Positions 9,276 to 17,884 are shown, numbered from the stretch's first letter. The stretch: 20,762 bases of DNA from a virus (IMGVR_UViG_2671180828_000006), one strand, 5' to 3'. Numbers and translations are program-made. Notes: generated from the letters alone by a model not told the origin.

Positions 9276-9692
9276 TTATACCTCTGAATCAATATCAACC
9301 TGGTGGTGAGCAATGGTTTCAACCATGTACCGGATGTGTTCTGCCATGCGCTCCTGAAACTCAACATCGTCATCAAACGCACGGGTAATGGCTTTTTTGC
9401 TGGCCCCGTGGCGTTGCAAATGATCGATGCATAGCGATTCAAACAGGTGCTGGGGCAGGCCTTTTTCCATGTCGTCTGCCAGTTCTGCCTCTTTCTCTTC
9501 TCGGGCGATCTGCTGGTAGTGACGCGCCCAGCTCTGAGCCTCAAGACGATCCTGAATGTAATAAGCGTTCATGGCTGAACTCCTGAAATAGCTGTGAAAA
9601 TATCGCCCGCGAAATGCCAGGCTGATTAGGAAAACAGGAAAGAGGGTTAGTGAATGCTTTTGCTTGATCTCAGTTTCAGCATTAATATCCAT
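9276..9692 (-). CDS. gam: Gam (RecBCD inhibitor), 138 aa
   Basis: [61 protein letters not shown]... matches lambda Gam. Confidence 0.95.
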   Translation of the reverse strand: MDINAETEIKQKHSLTLFPVFLISLAFRGRYFHSYFRSSAMNAYYIQDRLEAQSWARHYQQIAREEKEAELADDMEKGLPQHLFESLCIDHLQRHGASKKAITRAFDDDVEFQERMAEHIRYMVETIAHHQVDIDSEV

Positions 9693-9790
9693 TTTTTATA
9701 AGCGTCGACGGCTTCACGAAACATCTTTTCATCGCCAATAAAAGTGGCGATAGTGAATTTAGTCTGGATAGCCATAAGTGTTTGATCCAT
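9647..9790 (-). CDS. kil: Kil (host cell-division inhibitor), 47 aa, internal start within track ORF 9647..9916
   Basis: [47 protein letters not shown]; overlaps cIII as in lambda. Confidence 0.85.
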   Translation of the reverse strand: MDQTLMAIQTKFTIATFIGDEKMFREAVDAYKKWILMLKLRSSKSIH

Positions 9791-9923
9791 TCTTTGGGAC
9801 TCCTGGCTGATTAAGTATGTCGATAAGGCGTTTCCATCCGTCACGTAATTTACGGGTGATTCGTTCAAGTAAAGATTCGGAAGGGCAGCCAGCAACAGGC
9901 CACCCTGCAATGGCATATTGCAT
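9759..9923 (-). CDS. cIII: CIII (FtsH inhibitor protecting CII), 54 aa, internal start within track ORF 9759..9995
   Basis: [54 protein letters not shown]. Confidence 0.9.
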   Translation of the reverse strand: MQYAIAGWPVAGCPSESLLERITRKLRDGWKRLIDILNQPGVPKNGSNTYGYPD

Positions 9924-9995
9924 GGTGTGCTCCTTATTTATACATAACGAAAAACGCCTCGAGTGAAGCGTTATTGGTATGCGGTAAAACCGCAC

Positions 9996-10364
9996 TCAGG
10001 CGGCCTTGATAGTCATATCATCTGAATCAAATATTCCTGATGTATCGATATCGGTAATTCTTATTCCTTCACTACCATCCATTGGAGGCCATCCTTCCTG
10101 ACCATTTCCATCATCCCAGTCGAACTCACAAACAACACCATATGCATTTAAGTCTTTCGAAAGTGCTATAAGCAGAGCATGTTGCGCCAGCATGATTAAT
10201 ACAGCATTTAATAAAGAGCCGTGTTTATTGAGTCGGTATTCAGAGTCTGACCAGAAATTATTAATCTGGTGAAGTTTTTCCTCTGTCATTACGTCATGGT
10301 CGATTTCAATTTCTATTGATGCTTTCCAGTCGTAATCAATGATGTATTTTTTGATGTTTGACAT
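9996..10364 (-). CDS. ea10: Ea10 (early-left protein, SSB-like), 122 aa
   Basis: MSNIKKYIIDYDWKASIEIEIDHDVMTEEKLHQINNFWSDSEYRLNKHGSLLNAV... matches lambda Ea10 from recall. Confidence 0.85.
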   Translation of the reverse strand: MSNIKKYIIDYDWKASIEIEIDHDVMTEEKLHQINNFWSDSEYRLNKHGSLLNAVLIMLAQHALLIALSKDLNAYGVVCEFDWDDGNGQEGWPPMDGSEGIRITDIDTSGIFDSDDMTIKAA

Positions 10365-10567
10365 CTGTTCATATCCTCACAGATAAAAAATCGCCCTCAC
10401 ACTGGAGGGCAAAGAAGATTTCCAATAATCAGAACAAGTCGACTCCTGTTTAGTTACGAGCGACATTGCTCCGTGTATTCACTCGTTGGAATGAATACAC
10501 AGTGCAGTGTTTATTCTGTTATTTATGCCAAAAATAAAGGCCACTATCAGGCAGCTTTGTTGTTCTG

Positions 10568-10747
10568 TTAACCAAGTTCTCTGGCAATCATTGCCGTCGT
10601 TCGTATTGCCCATTTATCGACATATTTCCCATCTTCTATTACAGGAAACATTTCTTCAGGCTTAACCATGCATTCCGATTGCAGCTTGCATCCATTGCAT
10701 CGCTTGAATTGTCCACACCATTGATTCTTATCAATAGTCGTAGTCAT
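10568..10747 (-). CDS. ral: Ral (restriction alleviation), 59 aa as encoded here (ends at an in-frame TAA)
   Basis: Hand translation MTTTIDKNQWCGQFKRCNGCKLQSECMVKPEEMFPVIEDGKYVDKWAIRTTAMIARELG*; under 60 aa so not in the track. Confidence 0.7.
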   Translation of the reverse strand: MTTTIDKNQWCGQFKRCNGCKLQSECMVKPEEMFPVIEDGKYVDKWAIRTTAMIARELG

Positions 10748-10817
10748 ACGGATAGTCCTGGTACTGTTCCATTACATCCTGCGGATGCTCTTCGAACTCT
10801 TCAAATTCTTCTTCCAT
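10731..10817 (-). CDS. Tiny acidic ORF (28 aa; lambda orf28-like) overlapping the ral start
   Basis: Hand translation MEEEFEEFEEHPQDVMEQYQDYPYDYDY*. Confidence 0.45.
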   Translation of the reverse strand: MEEEFEEFEEHPQDVMEQYQDYPYDYDY

Positions 10818-10941
10818 ATATCACCTTAAATAGTGGATTGCGGTAGTAAAGATTGTGCCTGTCTTTTAACCACATCAGGCTCGGTGGTTCTCGTGTACCC
10901 CTACAGCGAGAAATCGGATAAACTATTACAACCCCTACAGT

Positions 10942-11496
10942 TTGATGAGTATAGAAATGGATCCACTCGTTATTCTCGGACGAGTGTTCAGTAATGAACC
11001 TCTGGAGAGAACCATGTATATGATCGTTATCTGGGTTGGACTTCTGCTTTTAAGCCCAGATAACTGGCCTGAATATGTTAATGAGAGAATCGGTATTCCT
11101 CATGTGTGGCATGTTTTCGTCTTTGCTCTTGCATTTTCGCTAGCAATTAATGTGCATCGATTATCAGCTATTGCCAGCGCCAGATATAAGCGATTTAAGC
11201 TAAGAAAACGCATTAAGATGCAAAACGATAAAGTGCGATCGGTAATTCAAAACCTTACAGAAGAGCAATCTATGGTTTTGTGCGCAGCCCTTAATGAAGG
11301 CAGGAAGTATGTGGTTACATCAAAACAATTCCCATACATTAGTGAGTTGATTGAGCTTGGTGTGTTGAACAAAACTTTTTCCCGATGGAACGGGAAGCAT
11401 ATATTATTCCCTATTGAGGATATTTACTGGACTGAATTAGTTGCCAGCTATGATCCATATAATATTGAGATAAAGCCAAGGCCAATATCTAAGTAA
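10942..11496 (+). CDS. sieB: Superinfection exclusion protein B (SieB); start may be the internal ATG (MYMIVIW...)
   Basis: ...MYMIVIWVGLLLLSPDNWPEYVNERIGIPHVWHVFVFALAFSLAINVHRLSAIASARYKRFKLRKR... matches lambda SieB; on the + strand inside the leftward operon as in lambda. Confidence 0.85.
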   Translation: MMSIEMDPLVILGRVFSNEPLERTMYMIVIWVGLLLLSPDNWPEYVNERIGIPHVWHVFVFALAFSLAINVHRLSAIASARYKRFKLRKRIKMQNDKVRSVIQNLTEEQSMVLCAALNEGRKYVVTSKQFPYISELIELGVLNKTFSRWNGKHILFPIEDIYWTELVASYDPYNIEIKPRPISK

Positions 11497-11820
11497 CTAG
11501 GTAAGAGGAATCGATTTTCCCTTAATTTTCTGGCGTCCACTGCATGTTATGCCGCGTTCGCCAGGCTTGCTGTACCATGTGCGCTGATTCTTGCGCTCAA
11601 TACGTTGCAGGTTGCTTTCAATCTGTTCGTGGTATTCAGCCAGCACTGTAAGGTCTATCGGATTCAGTGCGCTTTCTACTCGTGATTTCGGTTTGCGATT
11701 CAGCGAGAGAATAGGGCGGTTAACTGGTTTTGCGCTTACCCCAACCAACAGGGGATTTGCTACTTTCCATTGAGCCTGTTTCTCTGCGCGACGTTCGCGG
11801 CGGCGTGTTTGTGCATCCAT
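11497..11820 (-). CDS. N: Antiterminator N, 107 aa (internal start within track ORF 11497..11910)
   Basis: MDAQTRRRERRAEKQAQWKVANPLLVGVSAKPVNRPILSLNRKPKSRVESALNPIDLTVLAEYH... with the arginine-rich motif. Confidence 0.9.
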   Translation of the reverse strand: MDAQTRRRERRAEKQAQWKVANPLLVGVSAKPVNRPILSLNRKPKSRVESALNPIDLTVLAEYHEQIESNLQRIERKNQRTWYSKPGERGITCSGRQKIKGKSIPLT

Positions 11821-11920
11821 CTGGATTCTCCTGTCAGTTAGCTTTGAGTAACGCGCCGTGATGCTTATCCCCACGGTTGCTGTCTTGCAGCTGCATTTCG
11901 CGCTACTCAAAGCTTTCTGC

Positions 11921-11950
11921 TTTGAATGCTGCCCTTCTTCAGGGCTAAAT
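11921..11950 (-). promoter_or_regulatory. nutL (boxA GCTCTTAAAAA and boxB hairpin GCCCTGAAGAAGGGC on the minus strand)
   Basis: Reverse complement of 11921-11950 gives '...gctcttaaaaatttagccctgaagaagggc'. Confidence 0.7.
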
Positions 11951-12001
11951 TTTTAAGAGCCTCACCTTCAATGGTGGTTAGTGCGTCCTGCTGACGGGCT
12001 A

Positions 12002-12066
12002 AGTATCACCGCTAGTGGTATTTGTGTCAACACCGCTAGAGATATTTTATCACCGCAAATGGTTAT
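12002..12066 (-). promoter_or_regulatory. pL promoter with OL1-OL2-OL3 operators (-35 TTGACA and -10 GATACT on the minus strand)
   Basis: Reverse complement reads 'tatctctagcggtgttgacacaaataccactagcggtgatact'; three 17-bp sites with TATCACCGC-type half-sites. Confidence 0.75.
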
Positions 12067-12225
12067 CTGTATGTTTTTTATATGGATTTATTTTTTCGAG
12101 TGAGTGTATTGCCTCGGCGATGTAAGGAGAGATCAGAATTGCGTTGTTTAGTGAGTTGTATCTATTTATTTTCCAATAAATACAATTGGTTATGTGTTTT
12201 TAGGTGGGGCGATCGTGAGGCAAAG

Positions 12226-12254
12226 AAAACCCGGCGCTGAGGCCGGGCTTTTAG
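12226..12254 (-). terminator. Intrinsic terminator downstream of the cI-operon cargo gene (lambda t_imm position); hairpin flanked by A-run and T-run, so potentially bidirectional
   Basis: 'aaaacccggcgctgaggccgggcttttag' (CCCGGC/GCCGGG stem). Confidence 0.6.
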
Positions 12255-12269
12255 GGCGGGTTGATGCTC

Positions 12270-13307
12270 TTAACACCCTTTAATGGGAGTTGAGATACGA
12301 GATATCATTGCTGATTCAATTATCCCACTTCTGACTTTATAGTCACCAAAAAGAGAAATTGAATCAGAAAGTTTCATGCTTTCATAAAGAAGGTCTGTTT
12401 CGTCTTTATCTATAAAATCAGTAACAACATAAGCAGGGAAGGTATAATCAGTGCCAACCTTTTTGCAAGTTACTGTCAGCTTTCCATCTGATTTTTTAAT
12501 GCCTTCAATTTCAACTTCTTCTGTAAGTTCTTTGTTGGAAAGTTTCTCACGTGGGTTTCTTATCATTTCGGCAATATCACGCTTATCTAATTCGATCTTT
12601 GCCATACCATTAAACTCTACTCTGTCAGCATCTGAGACGCCTTTCAACACCCCAACCACAGCATTTGAAGTATGGGATTGAATTCCCTCTGAAATCTCCC
12701 TCGCAGCTGCTGTGGCAGTATGAGCAGAAAGAACTTCAACCATGCCATCTTTAAGCAGTCTCATTTGCTCAGTTTGGCTGTTGGTGTCGTTGAGGCCTTC
12801 ATCAATCTCAAGTTGCTTCATTTTTTCTATATGGCGATCTTTTTGTCTCGACTTTATCAGCCAAGCCCCAGTAAGGATCAGCGATATGAGAACGAGACAT
12901 ATAGCTTTCTCTGTTCCAGTCATACCTTGTGTTGACCTCTCAAATGCAACACCAAATGAATCAATTACATCCTTTATAGCAACAAGTAGGTCAGTACAGC
13001 CAGGCTCAACTTTAAAAATTATCTCAAGCTCTTTTCTATCACTGTCTTTCAAATGCTTGAGATTATCCGTTCCTCGCCTTACAAGCATAAACGCTTTATA
13101 AAGTTCGGTCTGAAACTCGCACATACCTTGAGCTAAAGAGGACGGTATCGTCCCATTATACCGGTCTGGATCACCATAAATCTTGAAACTTACGTGGTTA
13201 ACAAAATCAATTTTAATGTCATTGATAGATATTTGCTGACCTTTCTGAACTCTTTCTAAAAACTCTGAAACGTCGCTTAATGATGAGATATCAATTTGAT
13301 TGTCCAT
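12270..13307 (-). CDS. Uncharacterised ~345-aa protein with one central predicted TM helix, occupying the rexA-rexB slot downstream of cI (track ORF extends to 13394 via an upstream alternative start overlapping cI)
   Basis: Track ORF 12270..13394; the ATG at 13307 (MDNQIDISSLSDV...) lies 22 nt after the cI stop with a GAGAAAAG Shine-Dalgarno-like tract; hydrophobic segment AICLVLISLILTGAWLI; visibly AT-rich; no resemblance to RexA/RexB as recalled. Confidence 0.6.
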   Translation of the reverse strand: MDNQIDISSLSDVSEFLERVQKGQQISINDIKIDFVNHVSFKIYGDPDRYNGTIPSSLAQGMCEFQTELYKAFMLVRRGTDNLKHLKDSDRKELEIIFKVEPGCTDLLVAIKDVIDSFGVAFERSTQGMTGTEKAICLVLISLILTGAWLIKSRQKDRHIEKMKQLEIDEGLNDTNSQTEQMRLLKDGMVEVLSAHTATAAAREISEGIQSHTSNAVVGVLKGVSDADRVEFNGMAKIELDKRDIAEMIRNPREKLSNKELTEEVEIEGIKKSDGKLTVTCKKVGTDYTFPAYVVTDFIDKDETDLLYESMKLSDSISLFGDYKVRSGIIESAMISRISTPIKGC

Positions 13308-13329
13308 ATCTTTTCTCAATGTTATTGTG

Positions 13330-14046
<717 letters not shown>

Positions 14047-14053
14047 TTAAATC

Positions 14054-14118
14054 TATCACCGCAAGGGATAAATATCTAACACCGTGCGTGTTGACTGCTT
14101 TACCTCTAGCGGTGATAA
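14054..14118. promoter_or_regulatory. OR3-OR2-OR1 operators with divergent pRM (leftward) and pR (rightward; -35 TTGACT, -10 GATAAT)
   Basis: 'tatcaccgcaagggata ... taacaccgtgcgtgttgactgctt tacctctagcggtgataat'; cI starts at 14043 (leaderless) and cro at 14144 after AGGAGG. Confidence 0.8.
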
Positions 14119-14134
14119 TAATTGCATGTACTAA

Positions 14135-14344
<210 letters not shown>

Positions 14345-14351
14345 ATAACAC

Positions 14352-14383
14352 CGCTCTTACACATCACAGCCCTGAAAAAGGGC
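14352..14383 (+). promoter_or_regulatory. nutR (boxA CGCTCTTAC and boxB hairpin GCCCTGAAAAAGGGC)
   Basis: 'cgctcttacacatcacagccctgaaaaagggc' between cro and cII. Confidence 0.7.
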
Positions 14384-14462
14384 ATCCAATTAAACCACAC
14401 CTATGGTGTATGCATTTATTTTCATACATTCAATCAATTGTTATCTAAGGAAATACTTACAT

Positions 14463-14756
14463 ATGGTTCGTGCAAACAAACGCAACGAGGCACTACGAAT
14501 CGAGAGTGCGTTGCTTAACAAAATCGCAATGCTTGGAACTGAGAAGACAGCGGAAGCTGTGGGAGTTGATAAGTCGCAGATCAGCAGGTGGAAGAGGGAC
14601 TGGATTCCAAAGTTCTCAATGCTGCTTGCTGTTCTTGAATGGGGGGTCGTTGACGACGACATGGCTCGATTGGCGCGACAAGTTGCTGCGATTCTCACCA
14701 ATAAAAAACGCCCGGCGGCAACCGAGCGTTCTGAACAAATCCAGATGGAGTTCTGA
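14463..14756 (+). CDS. cII: CII transcriptional activator, 97 aa (internal start within track ORF 14403..14756)
   Basis: MVRANKRNEALRIESALLNKIAMLGTEKTAEAVGVDKSQISRWKRDWIPKFSMLLAVLEWGVVDDDMARLARQVAAILTNKKRPAATERSEQIQMEF. Confidence 0.9.
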   Translation: MVRANKRNEALRIESALLNKIAMLGTEKTAEAVGVDKSQISRWKRDWIPKFSMLLAVLEWGVVDDDMARLARQVAAILTNKKRPAATERSEQIQMEF

Positions 14757-14788
14757 GGTCATTACTGGATCTATCAACAGGAGTCATT

Positions 14789-15688
14789 ATGACAAATACA
14801 GCAAAAATACTCAACTTCGGCAGAGGTAACTTTGCCGGACAGGAGCGTAATGTGGCAGATCTCGATGATGGTTACGCCAGACTATCAAATATGCTGCTTG
14901 AGGCTTATTCGGGCGCAGATCTGACCAAGCGACAGTTTAAAGTGCTGCTTGCCATTCTGCGTAAAACCTATGGGTGGAATAAACCAATGGACAGAATCAC
15001 CGATTCTCAACTTAGCGAGATTACAAAGTTACCCGTCAAACGGTGCAATGAAGCCAAGTTAGAACTCGTCAGAATGAATATTATCAAGCAGCAAGGCGGC
15101 ATGTTTGGACCAAATAAAAACATCTCAGAATGGTGCATCCCTCAAAACGAGGGAAAATCCCCTAAAACGAGGGATAAAACATCCCTCAAATTGGGGGATT
15201 GCTATCCCTCAAAACAGGGGGACACAAAAGACACTATTACAAAAGAAAAAAGAAAAGATTATTCGTCAGAGAATTCTGGCGAATCCTCTGACCAGCCAGA
15301 AAACGACCTTTCTGTGGTGAAACCGGATGCTGCAATTCAGAGCGGCAGCAAGTGGGGGACAGCAGAAGACCTGACCGCCGCAGAGTGGATGTTTGACATG
15401 GTGAAGACTATCGCACCATCAGCCAGAAAACCGAATTTTGCTGGGTGGGCTAACGATATCCGCCTGATGCGTGAACGTGACGGACGTAACCACCGCGACA
15501 TGTGCGTGCTGTTCCGCTGGGCATGCCAGGACAACTTCTGGTCCGGTAACGTGCTGAGCCCGGCCAAACTCCGCGATAAGTGGACCCAACTCGAAATCAA
15601 CCGTAACAAGCAACAGGCAGGCGTGACAGCCAGCAAACCAAAACTCGACCTGACAAACACAGACTGGATTTACGGGGTGGATCTATGA
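14789..15688 (+). CDS. O: Replication initiator O, 299 aa
   Basis: MTNTAKILNFGRGNFAGQERNVADLDDGYARLSNMLLEAYSGADLTKRQFKVLLAILRKTYGWNKPMDRITDSQL... matches lambda O. Confidence 0.95.
   Translation: MTNTAKILNFGRGNFAGQERNVADLDDGYARLSNMLLEAYSGADLTKRQFKVLLAILRKTYGWNKPMDRITDSQLSEITKLPVKRCNEAKLELVRMNIIKQQGGMFGPNKNISEWCIPQNEGKSPKTRDKTSLKLGDCYPSKQGDTKDTITKEKRKDYSSENSGESSDQPENDLSVVKPDAAIQSGSKWGTAEDLTAAEWMFDMVKTIAPSARKPNFAGWANDIRLMRERDGRNHRDMCVLFRWACQDNFWSGNVLSPAKLRDKWTQLEINRNKQQAGVTASKPKLDLTNTDWIYGVDL
15137..15265. repeat. ori-lambda inside O: four ~19-bp iterons followed by an AT-rich tract
   Basis: 'catccctcaaaacgaggga / atcccctaaaacgaggga / catccctcaaattggggga / tatccctcaaaacaggggga' then 'cacaaaagacactattacaaaagaaaaaagaaaagattatt'. 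Confidence 0.8.
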
Positions 15689-16386
15689 AAAACATCGCCG
15701 CACAGATGGTTAACTTTGACCGTGAGCAGATGCGTCGGATCGCCAACAACATGCCGGAACAGTACGACGAAAAGCCGCAGGTACAGCAGGTAGCGCAGAT
15801 CATCAACGGTGTGTTCAGCCAGTTACTGGCAACTTTCCCGGCGAGCCTGGCTAACCGTGACCAGAACGAAGTGAACGAAATCCGTCGCCAGTGGGTTCTG
15901 GCTTTTCGGGAAAACGGGATCACCACGATGGAACAGGTTAACGCAGGAATGCGCGTAGCCCGTCGGCAGAATCGACCATTTCTGCCATCACCCGGGCAGT
16001 TTGTTGCATGGTGCCGGGAAGAAGCATCCGTTACCGCCGGACTGCCAAACGTCAGCGAGCTGGTTGATATGGTTTACGAGTATTGCCGGAAGCGAGGCCT
16101 GTATCCGGATGCGGAGTCTTATCCGTGGAAATCAAACGCGCACTACTGGCTGGTTACCAACCTGTATCAGAACATGCGGGCCAATGCGCTTACTGATGCG
16201 GAATTACGCCGTAAGGCCGCAGATGAGCTTGTCCATATGACTGCGAGAATTAACCGTGGTGAGGCGATCCCTGAACCAGTAAAACAACTTCCTGTCATGG
16301 GCGGTAGACCTCTAAATCGTGCACAGGCTCTGGCGAAGATCGCAGAAATCAAAGCTAAGTTCGGACTGAAAGGAGCAAGTGTATGA
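15685..16386 (+). CDS. P: Replication protein P (DnaB helicase loader), 233 aa
   Basis: MKNIAAQMVNFDREQMRRIANNMPEQYDEKPQVQQVAQIINGVFSQLLATFPASLANRDQ... matches lambda P; start overlaps the O stop. Confidence 0.95.
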   Translation: MKNIAAQMVNFDREQMRRIANNMPEQYDEKPQVQQVAQIINGVFSQLLATFPASLANRDQNEVNEIRRQWVLAFRENGITTMEQVNAGMRVARRQNRPFLPSPGQFVAWCREEASVTAGLPNVSELVDMVYEYCRKRGLYPDAESYPWKSNAHYWLVTNLYQNMRANALTDAELRRKAADELVHMTARINRGEAIPEPVKQLPVMGGRPLNRAQALAKIAEIKAKFGLKGASV

Positions 16387-16673
16387 CGGGCAAAGAGGCA
16401 ATTATTCATTACCTGGGGACGCATAATAGCTTCTGTGCGCCGGACGTTGCCGCGCTAACAGGCGCAACAGTAACCAGCATAAATCAGGCCGCGGCTAAAA
16501 TGGCACGGGCAGGTCTTCTGGTTATCGAAGGTAAGGTCTGGCGAACGGTGTATTACCGGTTTGCTACCAAGGAAGAACGGGAAGGAAAGATGAGCACGAA
16601 CCTGATTTTTAAGGAGTGTCACCAGAGTGCCGCGATGAAACGGGTATTGGCAGTATATGGAGTTAAAAGATGA
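16383..16673 (+). CDS. ren: Ren (Rex exclusion escape protein), 96 aa
   Basis: MTGKEAIIHYLGTHNSFCAPDVAALTGATVTSINQAAAKMARAGLLVIEGKVWRTVYYRFATKEEREGKMS... matches lambda Ren. Confidence 0.9.
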   Translation: MTGKEAIIHYLGTHNSFCAPDVAALTGATVTSINQAAAKMARAGLLVIEGKVWRTVYYRFATKEEREGKMSTNLIFKECHQSAAMKRVLAVYGVKR

Positions 16674-16698
16674 CCATCTACATCACTGAGCTAATAAC

Positions 16699-16730
16699 AG
16701 GCCTGCTGGTAATCGCAGGCCTTTTTATTT
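16699..16730 (+). terminator. tR2-type intrinsic terminator between ren and ninB
   Basis: 'aggcctgctggtaatcgcaggcctttttattt': GC stem followed by a T-run. Confidence 0.75.
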
Positions 16731-16746
16731 GGGGGAGAGGGAAGTC

Positions 16747-17187
16747 ATGAAAAAACTAACCTTTGAAATTCGATCTCCAGCACATCAGCAAAACGCTATT
16801 CACGCAGTACAGCAAATCCTTCCAGACCCAACCAAACCAATCGTAGTAACCATTCAGGAACGCAACCGCAGCTTAGACCAAAACAGGAAGCTATGGGCCT
16901 GCTTAGGTGACGTCTCTCGTCAGGTTGAATGGCATGGTCGCTGGCTGGATGCAGAAAGCTGGAAGTGTGTGTTTACCGCAGCATTAAAGCAGCAGGATGT
17001 TGTTCCTAACCTTGCCGGGAATGGCTTTGTGGTAATAGGCCAGTCAACCAGCAGGATGCGTGTAAACGAATTTGCGGAGCTATTAGAGCTTATACAGGCA
17101 TTCGGTACAGAGCGTGGCGTTAAGTGGTCAGACGAAGCGCGACTGGCTCTCGAATGGAAAGCGCGATGGGGAGATCGGGCTGCATGA
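16747..17187 (+). CDS. ninB: NinB (Orf family recombination mediator), 146 aa (internal start within track ORF 16729..17187)
   Basis: MKKLTFEIRSPAHQQNAIHAVQQILPDPTKPIVVTIQERNRSLDQNRKLWACLGDVSRQVEWHGRWLDAESWKCVF... matches lambda NinB. Confidence 0.9.
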   Translation: MKKLTFEIRSPAHQQNAIHAVQQILPDPTKPIVVTIQERNRSLDQNRKLWACLGDVSRQVEWHGRWLDAESWKCVFTAALKQQDVVPNLAGNGFVVIGQSTSRMRVNEFAELLELIQAFGTERGVKWSDEARLALEWKARWGDRAA

Positions 17188-17711
17188 CTATCAAATCAAA
17201 TACGCCAGCACACGACAAGGACTGCTGGCAAACGCCGCTTTGGCTTTTTGATGCACTGGATATTGAGTTTGGATTCTGGCTGGATTCGGCAGCGAGCGAC
17301 AAAAATGCTCTGTGCGCTCACTGGTTAACTGAGGCCGACGACGCGCTAAATTCTGAGTGGATAAGCCACGGTGCAATCTGGAATAACCCACCGTACAGCA
17401 ATATCAGGCCGTGGGTGGAAAAAGCCGCTGAGCAGTGCATACAACAGCGACAGACGGTAGTTATGCTTGTGCCAGAGGATATGTCAGTCGGATGGTTCAG
17501 CAAGGCTCTGGAGAGTGTCGACGAAGTTCGCATTATCACTGATGGACGGATTAATTTTATCGAACCATCGACAGGGCTGGAGAAGAAGGGAAACAGCAAA
17601 GGCTCCATGCTGCTGATTTGGCGACCGTTCATCAGTCCTCGACGGATGTTTACTACCGTATCCAAAGCGGCATTGATGGCGATCGGGCAGGGCGTCAGGA
17701 GGGCGGCATGA
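17184..17711 (+). CDS. Phage Dam-type DNA N6-adenine methyltransferase (orphan MTase), ~175 aa, in the slot where lambda has ninC
   Basis: [37 protein letters not shown]... with the NPPY catalytic motif (IWNNPPYSN); ATGA start/stop overlap with ninB upstream and ninE downstream. Confidence 0.75.
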   Translation: MTIKSNTPAHDKDCWQTPLWLFDALDIEFGFWLDSAASDKNALCAHWLTEADDALNSEWISHGAIWNNPPYSNIRPWVEKAAEQCIQQRQTVVMLVPEDMSVGWFSKALESVDEVRIITDGRINFIEPSTGLEKKGNSKGSMLLIWRPFISPRRMFTTVSKAALMAIGQGVRRAA

Positions 17712-17884
17712 GGCGACAGCGACGAAGTTTCACCGACATCATCTGCGAAAACTGCAAATACCTTCCAACGAAACGCTCCAGAAATAAACGCAAGCCAATC
17801 CCAAAAGAATCAGACGTAAAAACCTTCAATTACACAGCTCACCTGTGGGATATCCGGTGGTTAAGATATCGTGCGAGGAAATGA
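17708..17884 (+). CDS. ninE: NinE, 58 aa (internal start within track ORF 17618..17884)
   Basis: [58 protein letters not shown]. Confidence 0.8.
   Translation: MRRQRRSFTDIICENCKYLPTKRSRNKRKPIPKESDVKTFNYTAHLWDIRWLRYRARK

Noticed and set aside
8391-9388. Multiple ORFs antisense to exo/bet/gam (e.g. 8391..8657+, 8414..8707+, 8802..9035-, 8833..9309+, 9116..9388+)
   Set aside because: Embedded in near-lambda-identical recombination genes; antisense or off-frame artefacts.
9230-9544. 104-aa minus-strand ORF overlapping gam in another frame
   Set aside because: Off-frame overlap with the well-supported gam gene.
12451-13101. + strand ORFs 12451..12681, 12720..12935 and 12742..13101 inside the rex-slot gene
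   Set aside because: Antisense to the long 345-aa ORF; serine/leucine-rich low-complexity products typical of antisense reading of AT-rich coding DNA. Would need reconsidering if the long ORF turned out to be non-coding.
15137-15223. Short direct repeats that could be mistaken for a CRISPR array or novel repeat element
   Set aside because: Four ~19-bp iterons with no spacers, located inside the O gene and followed by an AT-rich tract: the classical lambda origin, not CRISPR.
15105-15926. ORFs within or antisense to O and P (15105..15320+, 15337..15660-, 15419..15613-, 15597..15926-, 16001..16240+, 16167..16424-)
   Set aside because: They overlap near-lambda-identical O and P in other frames; the 15105..15320 frame is just the translated ori iterons.
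17120-17665. Minus-strand ORFs 17120..17302, 17191..17391 and 17318..17665 antisense to the methyltransferase gene
   Set aside because: Antisense artefacts within a gene supported by the NPPY motif and translational coupling.
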